Assembly: GCA_034439715.1 (NCBI GenBank)
Contig: JAWXAY010000050.1
Coordinates: forward strand, 1-26,486
Length of the DNA stretch: 26,486 nt
Origin: Pseudomonadota bacterium
GTDB taxonomy: Bacteria; Bdellovibrionota; Bdellovibrionia; Bdellovibrionales; SG-bin7
Direction: 5' to 3'
Notes under the pieces: model-generated
What the model saw: only the letters and a program-made list of their open reading frames with translations
Told to the model about the DNA's origin: nothing
The model's database searches: none
Position numbers and translations under genes: made by a program
Shown: one piece after another, positions 1-7,863 of the stretch
Numbering within the stretch: position 1 is the first letter of the stretch
Layout of the letters: each line of letters begins with the position of its first letter

Positions 1-251
1 CCGGCGAAATTCGAGCCGTTAATTTTGCCGAAAAAAGAATTCATGAGTCAAATCGCCTGGGATTTGAAAAATTTGTCATCCCCGCCTCCTGTAAAAAACA
101 AATTGCTGAGTTACCAAAAGATCTTTTGGCTCGCGTAAGTTTTATTAAACATATAGGACAGCTCAACTCTTTCTTAGGTTCTGTGCCAGTTAAGGCCGCG
201 AAGGAATCTTCGCGCGCTGTGGCTCGACCAAATAGTGAAATTTCACAATAA
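1..251 (+). CDS. radA: DNA repair protein RadA/Sms, C-terminal end (5' truncated by the window)
   Basis: Absent from the ORF track. The frame starting at nt 3 reads GEIRAVNFAEKRIHESNRLGFEKFVIP...EISQ* with TAA at 249-251, matching the RadA C-terminal GEIRxV...RIxEAxRLGFxxxxIP pattern. Confidence 0.85.
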   Translation, partial: GEIRAVNFAEKRIHESNRLGFEKFVIPASCKKQIAELPKDLLARVSFIKHIGQLNSFLGSVPVKAAKESSRAVARPNSEISQ

Positions 252-367
252 AAATAGGCCAAGATATCGAATTGAAATAATTTCGCAGTATATGTTACTC
301 GCTAGGACGCCATGCGTAGGGCTTTTCGATTGACCCAATTCCAATTCTAAATAAAAATCCGCATCAT

Positions 368-1756
368 ATGAAAACAAAAAAATATTTTTCTAAAAATGTG
401 ATTATTTTATTAACGACTGCTATTACTGCCCTATTTTTGACTGCCGCTCGAAATGGTCAAAATGACAGTTTGGATCAGTGGATTAAGAGCTCTACGCCTG
501 TAATGCTGGAGCACCTCTACGAAAATATTTCTCCATCGGGAACGGCGCCCGGAGTGATAGTGGCCTCACCCTCGCGTCAAAACCCCAATTACTATTATTA
601 TTGGATTCGTGATGGCGCTCTGGTTATGAATGTTGTTGTCGACCAATATATAAGTTCAAAAAATCAGTCCCGGCATAAATTTTATCAGGACCGATTGGAC
701 GATTTTATATCTTTGACGCGAAGAAATCAGCACACGCCTAATCCCAGTAATGGCCCGGGCGAACCAAAATTTAACGTCGATGGCAGTGCCTTTACAGGCG
801 ATTGGGGACGTCCACAAAACGATGGTCCTGCCCTCCGTGCAATTACTCTTATTCGTTACGCGAACCTACTGTTGAACGACGGTCAAAAAGATAAAGTTCG
901 CAAGTTACTTTACGATGGCAGCTCCGATTCAGTAATCAAACTTGATCTCGAATACGTCTCTCACAACTGGCAATCCACTTGTTTTGATCTTTGGGAAGAA
1001 ACTCGGGGACATCATTTTTACACTCAGTTTGTACAGCGGGCGGCATTAGTTTTGGGATCCCAGTTAGCGCGCCGAATGGGAGATGAGGGCGCTGCTAGTT
1101 GGTATGGACTCCAAGCTGACCGACTCGAAAAAGAGTTGCAACGCTACTGGGATGGCCAACGACGTGTAATTGTCGAAACTATTGATCGTGATGGTGGAGC
1201 CGATTACAAAACAAGTAACCTTGATACGGGAGTCATTCTCGGGTTGTTACATGGCAGCCTCGACGATGGTTTTTTTGCTTTTTCTGACGAAAGGGTCTTG
1301 GGCACTGTTCGTGCTCTTGAAAAAGCCTTTCAAGATATTTACGCTGTAAATAACAAAGGATACCGTGGAATCGCAATAGGTCGGTATCCCGAAGACCGCT
1401 ATACAGGAGTTGACCTTTTGTTTGTTGCTGATGGCGGTAACCCCTGGTTTTTAACGACACTAGGATTTGCCGAATTTTATTACCGGTTGGCTAGAGACCT
1501 TACTAGGCACGGAACAAAAATCATAAATAATGGTAATCTGTGGTTTTTTCGCGACTTTGGATACGATGGTAAAGATATCAGTGGCCTAGCAAAAGCCTTG
1601 CGGGATCGCGGTGATGATTTTATGGCAACAGCTCAGTTTCATATGTCTAATGGACGCATGTCAGAGCAAATCAATCGTAATTCTGGCTATATGCAGGGAG
1701 CCCATGACTTAACATGGAGCTATGCGAGCTTTCTGACCGCGGCGAAATGGCGCTGA
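368..1756 (+). CDS. Glucoamylase, GH15, fungal-type catalytic domain, with N-terminal signal peptide
   Basis: Motifs YYYWIRDGAL, GEPKFNVDGSAFTGDWGRPQNDGPALRA, DLWEE (catalytic acid), AIGRYPEDRY, GNPWFLTT and SEQ...DLTWSYASFL; basic then hydrophobic N-terminus. Confidence 0.95.
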   Translation: MKTKKYFSKNVIILLTTAITALFLTAARNGQNDSLDQWIKSSTPVMLEHLYENISPSGTAPGVIVASPSRQNPNYYYYWIRDGALVMNVVVDQYISSKNQSRHKFYQDRLDDFISLTRRNQHTPNPSNGPGEPKFNVDGSAFTGDWGRPQNDGPALRAITLIRYANLLLNDGQKDKVRKLLYDGSSDSVIKLDLEYVSHNWQSTCFDLWEETRGHHFYTQFVQRAALVLGSQLARRMGDEGAASWYGLQADRLEKELQRYWDGQRRVIVETIDRDGGADYKTSNLDTGVILGLLHGSLDDGFFAFSDERVLGTVRALEKAFQDIYAVNNKGYRGIAIGRYPEDRYTGVDLLFVADGGNPWFLTTLGFAEFYYRLARDLTRHGTKIINNGNLWFFRDFGYDGKDISGLAKALRDRGDDFMATAQFHMSNGRMSEQINRNSGYMQGAHDLTWSYASFLTAAKWR

Positions 1757-1782
1757 TTTAAATTGTAGTTTTTACTGGCTAT

Positions 1783-1813
1783 AAACCCGTATTTGCTTTA
1801 AATACGGGTTTTT
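1783..1813 (+). terminator. Intrinsic terminator-like hairpin after the glucoamylase
   Basis: Perfect 12-bp stem AAACCCGTATTT / AAATACGGGTTT with a 5-nt loop, ending in a short T run. Confidence 0.65.
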
Positions 1814-1821
1814 GATACAGT
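1793..1821 (+). promoter_or_regulatory. Putative sigma70 promoter for the GH13 gene, overlapping the hairpin
   Basis: TTGCTT-N17-TACAGT with an extended -10 TG, ending 10 nt before ATG 1832. Confidence 0.4.
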
Positions 1822-1831
1822 GCGTTAATTC

Positions 1832-3874
1832 ATGAAAACTCCGTATCTTCTTTTACTTCTATTGGCGGTTTATTCTCCAAATTTACGGGCTTCCATTACT
1901 TGTCCCTCATTATTTGGAACTCAAGACTTCGAGTTAAGGCCGGACTTAGCTTGGTACGAGAGTCAACGCACAATCGGACTTAAAGCCACGAAGAATATAA
2001 ACGGTTTCTCTCCCAAACAGGGAATTTTTGTAACCAAAAGAGATAGCTCTAAACGCGAAGTTGAAGCTACTATTCGTGTACTTTCTGATAATCCCCATAA
2101 CAAAATCGAAGTTATTGGTGATTTTAATGACTGGGGAAAAAAAGGCTCAGTGGTTTTACAAGCCGATAGCGATCCGGTTTATTCTATAGGTGTAATAAAA
2201 AACCTAAAGCACGGTGATCAATATCGCATTTTAGTTAATGGACAAGCGCTGTTGGATCCAAGTTCGATGACCTATACAACTCCTGAATTCTCAAAAAAAA
2301 TGTACGGCCAAAATACACGTTTTTTAAACTCAGTATTTTGGGATATTGAAGGGGAAGGACACTACGAACACAAAAATCCTATTGTGGATTTAAGGGCCAA
2401 GCCATTATCAATTACGGAAATTGAGGTTCAAGCTCTCGTCGCGCGCTATAACGGTGGACCCAAAGCACCTGAAGATACCTATAATTTTGTCGCTAACTCG
2501 GGAATAATTCCACAGCTTAAGGCGCGCGGAATCAATGCGGTGGAGTTTTTGCCATTTAATTCTGCCGCCGATGGCAATGAATGGTCGAAGCGTTACCAGG
2601 TTTATGGGGTGTTTGGGATCGAGTCTAAATATGGAACTCCCGCTGAGTTTGCCCGCATGGTTGATAAGTTTAACGAGGCCGGCATCGCCGTGATTATGGA
2701 CGTTTTATTGAGCCACTATCCCTTTGATGGCAACAGTGATGTAAGAAGGTTAAAGGATATTGGCTTGAGTAACTGGAAGAAGGCCGATGGTCGTCCGCTT
2801 TACGGGGATCAGCTGACGGAATGGCAGACGTATCGTTATGATTATAGAAATCCTTATGTGCGCCGGTTTTTAATCGACTCTGTGCTTAACACAATTAAAC
2901 ATTTCCATATCGGTGGCATTCGCATTGATAATTATGATGGCATCCGATTTCTTCCGGGAGGAACAGAGCTTTTAAAAGAGTTGGCTGCTGAAATTCGTGC
3001 TTATGCTCCACAGCTTTGGTTAAACGCCGAGATGTTCTTTCCAGAAAATGCTGTAACAAAACGTCTTGATTGGGGCGGCCATGGTATGAACGCCTATAAT
3101 AACGGAAACTTTTTTTGGAAAATTATTAGGTCTATGGCCCAGAAAAGAACTGACGAAATTAACATGAATACTATTAAAGATGTGCTGCGGGATGATTGGC
3201 AGTGGAAAGAAGCCATGCGACTACTCTATGCCACCAATCACGATGAGGCGGCAAATAAACTTGAAGGTGCTACTGGGGCATATTTTGCTACACTCGTTGG
3301 TGGCGGCGGCTGGCAGTATGTCGAAGGAAAAACTCGGGTCTTCGCCAGCCTTGCAATGATGGCAGGATCTTATTATATGGATATGCCGCAACTTAGGATT
3401 ATGCAAGAGGGTACGTTTTATAAAAACTCGGCGGTCGAGTGGGATTTACTAAAATTTGATAGTCAACGCAATATGGATCGGTATTTTTCTGATCTCTCCA
3501 ATTTTTTCATTAGCGATGCCGCATTCGCGCCCCACAATCTCCATGCGAATATTGAAAACCATATCGATCCAATTAATAAAGTACTTTCAATGGAGCGGGT
3601 GGATTATCGCACAGGAAAGCGTGTCTATATTTTAATTAATCTTAGCGACAACAGTTTTAACAATTATGATTTTGGAGTTTCAGTAGCGGGCGAGTACCAA
3701 ATCAAAATTGATAGCGATAACAACAAGTATGGTGGTAGCAATACTTTGCTTAAGCGCCTTCCTTCGGGTCAAATCCGTGCGGGAAGCCCTGGCCATCAAA
3801 GTCATGGCAAAGCACATTCACTTACGGTTCCCTACCTTGCTCCTTATGGAGTGGTGGTATTAAAGGGAATTTGA
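1832..3874 (+). CDS. GH13 alpha-glucan-active enzyme, GlgB (branching enzyme)-like architecture (CBM48 + catalytic + C-terminal domain), with signal peptide
   Basis: CBM48 IGDFNDW; GINAVEFLP; YGTPAEFARMVD...GIAVIMD; catalytic triad GIRID / NAE / NHDE; GlgB-like C-terminus DSDNNKYGGS...PYGVVVL; N-terminus MKTPYLLLLLLAVYSPNLRA. Confidence 0.88.
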   Translation: MKTPYLLLLLLAVYSPNLRASITCPSLFGTQDFELRPDLAWYESQRTIGLKATKNINGFSPKQGIFVTKRDSSKREVEATIRVLSDNPHNKIEVIGDFNDWGKKGSVVLQADSDPVYSIGVIKNLKHGDQYRILVNGQALLDPSSMTYTTPEFSKKMYGQNTRFLNSVFWDIEGEGHYEHKNPIVDLRAKPLSITEIEVQALVARYNGGPKAPEDTYNFVANSGIIPQLKARGINAVEFLPFNSAADGNEWSKRYQVYGVFGIESKYGTPAEFARMVDKFNEAGIAVIMDVLLSHYPFDGNSDVRRLKDIGLSNWKKADGRPLYGDQLTEWQTYRYDYRNPYVRRFLIDSVLNTIKHFHIGGIRIDNYDGIRFLPGGTELLKELAAEIRAYAPQLWLNAEMFFPENAVTKRLDWGGHGMNAYNNGNFFWKIIRSMAQKRTDEINMNTIKDVLRDDWQWKEAMRLLYATNHDEAANKLEGATGAYFATLVGGGGWQYVEGKTRVFASLAMMAGSYYMDMPQLRIMQEGTFYKNSAVEWDLLKFDSQRNMDRYFSDLSNFFISDAAFAPHNLHANIENHIDPINKVLSMERVDYRTGKRVYILINLSDNSFNNYDFGVSVAGEYQIKIDSDNNKYGGSNTLLKRLPSGQIRAGSPGHQSHGKAHSLTVPYLAPYGVVVLKGI

Positions 3875-3925
3875 CGAGAATATTTTAACGATATGCGCCA
3901 ATTGGTAATGCCAAAAGTTTGCAAC

Positions 3926-3941
3926 TGGCACGCGCCCTGCA
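3926..3941 (+). promoter_or_regulatory. Putative sigma54 promoter
   Basis: TGGCACG-CGCC-CTGCA versus consensus TGGCACG-N4-TTGCW, about 100 nt upstream of the 4045 ORF. Confidence 0.6.
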
Positions 3942-4044
3942 CTAGCACCCTTCAAGTATTTTAACTAAACCCAGGCCTTCGAGTTGACTTCAATTGAAAC
4001 AATTTTGGGCCTGACAAGAAAAATTTTCTTTAAAGGGGGAATAT

Positions 4045-4599
4045 ATGAATGCAAAAAATTCATTAGTGGGAGCATTAGCTATTACGGTAGCTTTAATTAC
4101 AACGGGCGGTTGTGCTAGATCAGGTGGATTTAAACCTGTAAAGCCACCAGCTGATAAAAACAGAGAAAGCGAAGCTCTGAAACAGAAAGAGACTGACGTA
4201 AACACACTGAAAGAATTAGCTGGCAAAGAGTGGGTTTTTGATTTCGCTAACCATTCATTTCCTGATGAGGCCTCAGCAGAACTTGGCAAATTAATCGAAG
4301 CTGATGACAAGTCGCTTGATGCTGACATTTCAGAAAATGGTCGAAATGTTTTTCCCAAGACGTTAAATTTTTCTTCTGATAAAGAAGTAAAATTTACTGA
4401 CAACGCTGGTAATCACGTTGAGGCTACGTATACTTTAGTTGACGGCATGATTGAGTTAACTCCTAAGGACTCTAAAGATACTGTTAAAATGGCAGGCCGT
4501 GGCTTTGTTGAAATGGGTAACAGCCAAATGACTTGGACAACTGAGAATCCTGCGCCGCCAAAGTCTAAGATGGTATTTGTTTTTAAACGATCTCGATAG
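4045..4599 (+). CDS. Hypothetical lipoprotein
   Basis: SD AGGGGG; hydrophobic signal ending TTGGC; beta-rich mature part; followed by a terminator. Confidence 0.75.
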   Translation: MNAKNSLVGALAITVALITTGGCARSGGFKPVKPPADKNRESEALKQKETDVNTLKELAGKEWVFDFANHSFPDEASAELGKLIEADDKSLDADISENGRNVFPKTLNFSSDKEVKFTDNAGNHVEATYTLVDGMIELTPKDSKDTVKMAGRGFVEMGNSQMTWTTENPAPPKSKMVFVFKRSR

Positions 4600-4609
4600 T
4601 TTTTTTGTC

Positions 4610-4643
4610 AAAGCGAGGGCTCACATGGGTCCTCGCTTTTTTT
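4610..4643. terminator. Intrinsic terminator between convergent genes, possibly bidirectional
   Basis: AAAGCGAGGGCTC-ACAT-GGGTCCTCGCTTT stem (with G-U pairs) followed by a T tract. Confidence 0.8.
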
Positions 4644-4656
4644 AATTTAGACATCC

Positions 4657-6153
4657 TTAGAGTCGTGCTCTCTTAACAGCCAGTGTCCACTTTTCAAGTC
4701 TTACTCTACGATCTCTAGACGATATCTTAGGTTTAAATTCTCTTTCTACTTTCCAAATTTTTTTAATGTCATTGAGGCCATTCCAAAATCCGATGCCAAG
4801 ACCTGCTAAGTAAGCGGCCCCTGCAGAAGTAGTTTCAATAATTTCAGGACGTAAAATTTCAACACCCAAATAATCTGATTGAGTTTGCATAAGCAAGTTA
4901 TTGCTTGCCGCTCCTCCGTCGACTCTTAAACTCTTAAGTGCTGTACTCAAATCCTTTTGCATAGCAATTAATATTTCGGTGTTTTGTAAGGCCATAGCTT
5001 CTAGCGTAGCGCGCGCCAAATGGGCGCTGGTGGTTCCCCGAGTCAATCCGCAAATTAAACCTCGAGCGTCCTGATCCCAATGAGGCGCACCTAACCCGGT
5101 GAGAGCGGGCACGAACTCTACCCCACCAGTATCGGCAACTGAATTTGCCAGCTGTTCAATTTCGCTCGAGCGACTGATGGCCTTTAAACCATCCCGCATC
5201 CACTGCACTGCCGCTCCACAAATAAAGGCGCCGCCCTCGAGAGCATAGGTGGTTTTTTTTTCATCCTTTAAACGCCAGGCCACTGTTGTGAGTAACTTCG
5301 ACTTCGAAAGTTTAGGTTTGTTCCCACTGTTGATTAACAAAAAACTCCCAGTACCAAAAGTGCATTTAGCCTCGCCGGGATTAAAACAGGTCTGACCAAA
5401 AAGTGCCGCTTGCTGATCGCCAGCCACGCCGGATATTGGAATTCCATCTGGTAAAACACCCAAACCTTTTGTGTGCCCAAAAATTTCGTTAGAGGAGCAA
5501 ATTTGCGGCAGAATTTCTTTAGGCACTCCAAATATTCTAAGCATCTCAACATCCCACTCGCACTTATCAATATTCATAAGTTGGGTTCTTGAGGCATTTG
5601 AGACATCGGTCTTAAAAACTTCGCCTTGACTTAACTTCCACATCAAAAAAGTATCGATCGTGCCGGCAGCGAGATCCCCGCGCTTTAACTGGCCTTGCGC
5701 CCCACTAACATTTTTTAAAAGCCAATTAATTTTTGAACCTGAAAAATAGGCGTCGACGACTAAGCCCGTTTTTTCATATATTGTTTTCTCTAGTTTTCGT
5801 TTTTTTAGTCCATTACAAAACTCTGATGTTCTTCGACATTGCCAAACAATAGCATTATGAATCGGCGCTCCCGTTTTACGATTCCAAATTAAAACGGTTT
5901 CTCTTTGATTCGTTATACCAACCGCCGCGATGTCTGAACCGCTCGCGCTGGCATTTGTTAGGACCTTACTTATAGAAGTCAGGGCGCTTTTCCAGATATC
6001 ATTAGAATTGTGCTCCACCCATCCAGGTTGCGGATAAATCTGGGGGAATTCCTCTTTATGCCGGGACACAATTTGTCCCTCTGCACTTACCAGGCTCACC
6101 GTTGTACCAGTAGTACCTTGGTCGATAGCCAGAATATATTTTGCCATATTCAT
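4657..6153 (-). CDS. glpK: Glycerol kinase
   Basis: ILAIDQGTT, GITNQRET, DVSNASRT, GDQQAALFGQ, KCTFGTG, ALEG, LRVDGG, ETTSAGAA. The start may be 6147. Confidence 0.97.
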   Translation of the reverse strand: MNMAKYILAIDQGTTGTTVSLVSAEGQIVSRHKEEFPQIYPQPGWVEHNSNDIWKSALTSISKVLTNASASGSDIAAVGITNQRETVLIWNRKTGAPIHNAIVWQCRRTSEFCNGLKKRKLEKTIYEKTGLVVDAYFSGSKINWLLKNVSGAQGQLKRGDLAAGTIDTFLMWKLSQGEVFKTDVSNASRTQLMNIDKCEWDVEMLRIFGVPKEILPQICSSNEIFGHTKGLGVLPDGIPISGVAGDQQAALFGQTCFNPGEAKCTFGTGSFLLINSGNKPKLSKSKLLTTVAWRLKDEKKTTYALEGGAFICGAAVQWMRDGLKAISRSSEIEQLANSVADTGGVEFVPALTGLGAPHWDQDARGLICGLTRGTTSAHLARATLEAMALQNTEILIAMQKDLSTALKSLRVDGGAASNNLLMQTQSDYLGVEILRPEIIETTSAGAAYLAGLGIGFWNGLNDIKKIWKVEREFKPKISSRDRRVRLEKWTLAVKRARL

Positions 6154-6197
6154 TCCTTTTATTCGTTCCTTTTAAAATATCAGCTAGAATACTACCC

Positions 6198-6959
6198 ATG
6201 AGCGGTGATAAGCGCGAGAAAATATTTAACCTAAAAAGTCTTGCCCCAGACAAGCTTCTCTTTCATGTGTTGCCACGCTTCATGATGGAATTAATGCGAA
6301 AGTACTTTCGCATGGAGGTCGAAGGCATTGAAAACCTGCCCAAGGAAGGCCCATGTATCATCGCGCCAAATCATTCGGGCTACGCGGGTTTTGATGCTTT
6401 TTGTTTAAAAAACGAAATTTTTACGGCTTGTAGTCGTTCGGCAAAGATTATGACTCATCATTTTTGGTTTATGAGCGAGGCTACTGCCATTCCCGCTGAC
6501 AAAATAGGATTTGTAGATGCCACTACAAAAAATGGAATCGCTCTGCTAGAGAAAAAAGAAATGATTATTTTGTTTCCTGAAGGCGAGCATGGAAATTTTA
6601 AACCCACCACCCAGCGCTATAAATTACGGGAGTTCAAGCGCGGTTTTGTCAGACTAGCCGTTTATAGCGGGGCTCCAATTATTCCCACGGTCATATTGGG
6701 CGCTGAAGAAACCCACATAAATTTGGCCGATCTCAAATTTACTAAATTCTTAAGGGGAGTCGTTTTACCTCTGCCCCTGAATATACTACCTTTACCAGCA
6801 CGTTGGAAAATCAGATTCTTAAAACCCATTTACCTACCGTATAAACCTGAAGCCGCCAAAGACACAGAGCTGATGCACGAAATCGCCAGCGACCTACGGG
6901 AACGCTTGCAACAGGCAATTCGAAAAGAATTGCGAGAGCGCAAATCCATTTACCTCTGA
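6198..6959 (+). CDS. Lysophospholipid/glycerol acyltransferase family protein
   Basis: NHSGxxxxD catalytic motif, FPEG, GFVRLA..GAPIIP. Start moved to ATG 6198 to avoid overlap with glpK. Confidence 0.88.
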   Translation: MSGDKREKIFNLKSLAPDKLLFHVLPRFMMELMRKYFRMEVEGIENLPKEGPCIIAPNHSGYAGFDAFCLKNEIFTACSRSAKIMTHHFWFMSEATAIPADKIGFVDATTKNGIALLEKKEMIILFPEGEHGNFKPTTQRYKLREFKRGFVRLAVYSGAPIIPTVILGAEETHINLADLKFTKFLRGVVLPLPLNILPLPARWKIRFLKPIYLPYKPEAAKDTELMHEIASDLRERLQQAIRKELRERKSIYL

Positions 6960-6966
6960 ATTTTGG

Positions 6967-7188
6967 CTAGGGACTATCGGCCAGATCTTTACCAATTTCG
7001 ACGAGGATGGCCTGCCATTTGGTAATTAGAATACCTGGTGTGGTCGGACTACGACTTACCAGTGTTGATACCAGATAAACCGCGAGGACAACTGCCACAA
7101 AGAGAATCATGACGTATTCAACGACAATTTGTCCTCTCTCCTTTTGACGAAGGTCCGGTTTCAGTTTAAGCTTCTCAAATGAAATCAA
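6967..7188 (-). CDS. Flp/TadE-like prepilin (class III signal peptide)
   Basis: AGGAGG SD 5 nt before TTG 7188; basic leader RQKERG|QIVVEY followed by a hydrophobic helix; about 73 aa. Confidence 0.72.
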   Translation of the reverse strand: MISFEKLKLKPDLRQKERGQIVVEYVMILFVAVVLAVYLVSTLVSRSPTTPGILITKWQAILVEIGKDLADSP

Positions 7189-7859
7189 AATCTCCTCCTG
7201 AATCGTCACCTACGCCAAATTCGCCAAATTCTAAAATCAAAGCACTTCCGGTTTGGGCTAAAGTGTCTTTAATGGCAATGCTAGTCTTCTTTGCCTCTAT
7301 CGGCATATTTCAAAGCGAATTTGAGAGCCATGAGAATTTTCCAGACATAAGCGTCGAGGACCAAAAAATCGCAGAGGAGGACGAATCTGATGGCGGAGCT
7401 TCTGCCTTTGAAGAAATCGGCGTCCGCAAACAGATTAAGGAACTAAAATTAATTAGAGACGATGGTACGATCGGAAAAATTTCTGACTTCAAAGGAAAAG
7501 TAGTTATCCTAAGTTTTTGGGCTACTTGGTGCGTGCCTTGCCTTGTTGAGCTCCCGACATTCGCTAAACTAGAAAAAGAATTTTCAAGCGAAGGTCTGGT
7601 CGTCGTTCCCGTTAACGTAGAGGACGATACGGTTGATCGGCAGTTTATTGCGAGCCTCTGGCAAAAACATAGCATTGGGTTTCCGACGTTTTATGATCCT
7701 CAACAAATTAGTTCCAACATCATGGATGTTCAAATTATGCCCACGAATTATGTCATTGATCGTAAAGGCCGAATAGCCTTCGCCAGTTACGGCGCTAATA
7801 ATTGGGCCGGCACCAAAGCACGAAAATTTATTACTGCTCTTTTGGCAGAGAAAGATTAG
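7179..7859 (+). CDS. TlpA/ResA-family thioredoxin-like disulfide reductase, membrane anchored
   Basis: SFWATWCVPC, ELP, cis-Pro MPTNYVIDRKG; N-terminal TM helix. Start uncertain. Confidence 0.9.
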   Translation: MKSKSPPESSPTPNSPNSKIKALPVWAKVSLMAMLVFFASIGIFQSEFESHENFPDISVEDQKIAEEDESDGGASAFEEIGVRKQIKELKLIRDDGTIGKISDFKGKVVILSFWATWCVPCLVELPTFAKLEKEFSSEGLVVVPVNVEDDTVDRQFIASLWQKHSIGFPTFYDPQQISSNIMDVQIMPTNYVIDRKGRIAFASYGANNWAGTKARKFITALLAEKD

Positions 7860-7863
7860 TCCC

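Noticed and set aside
41..262. 73-aa minus-strand ORF
   Set aside because: Antisense shadow of the radA C-terminus.
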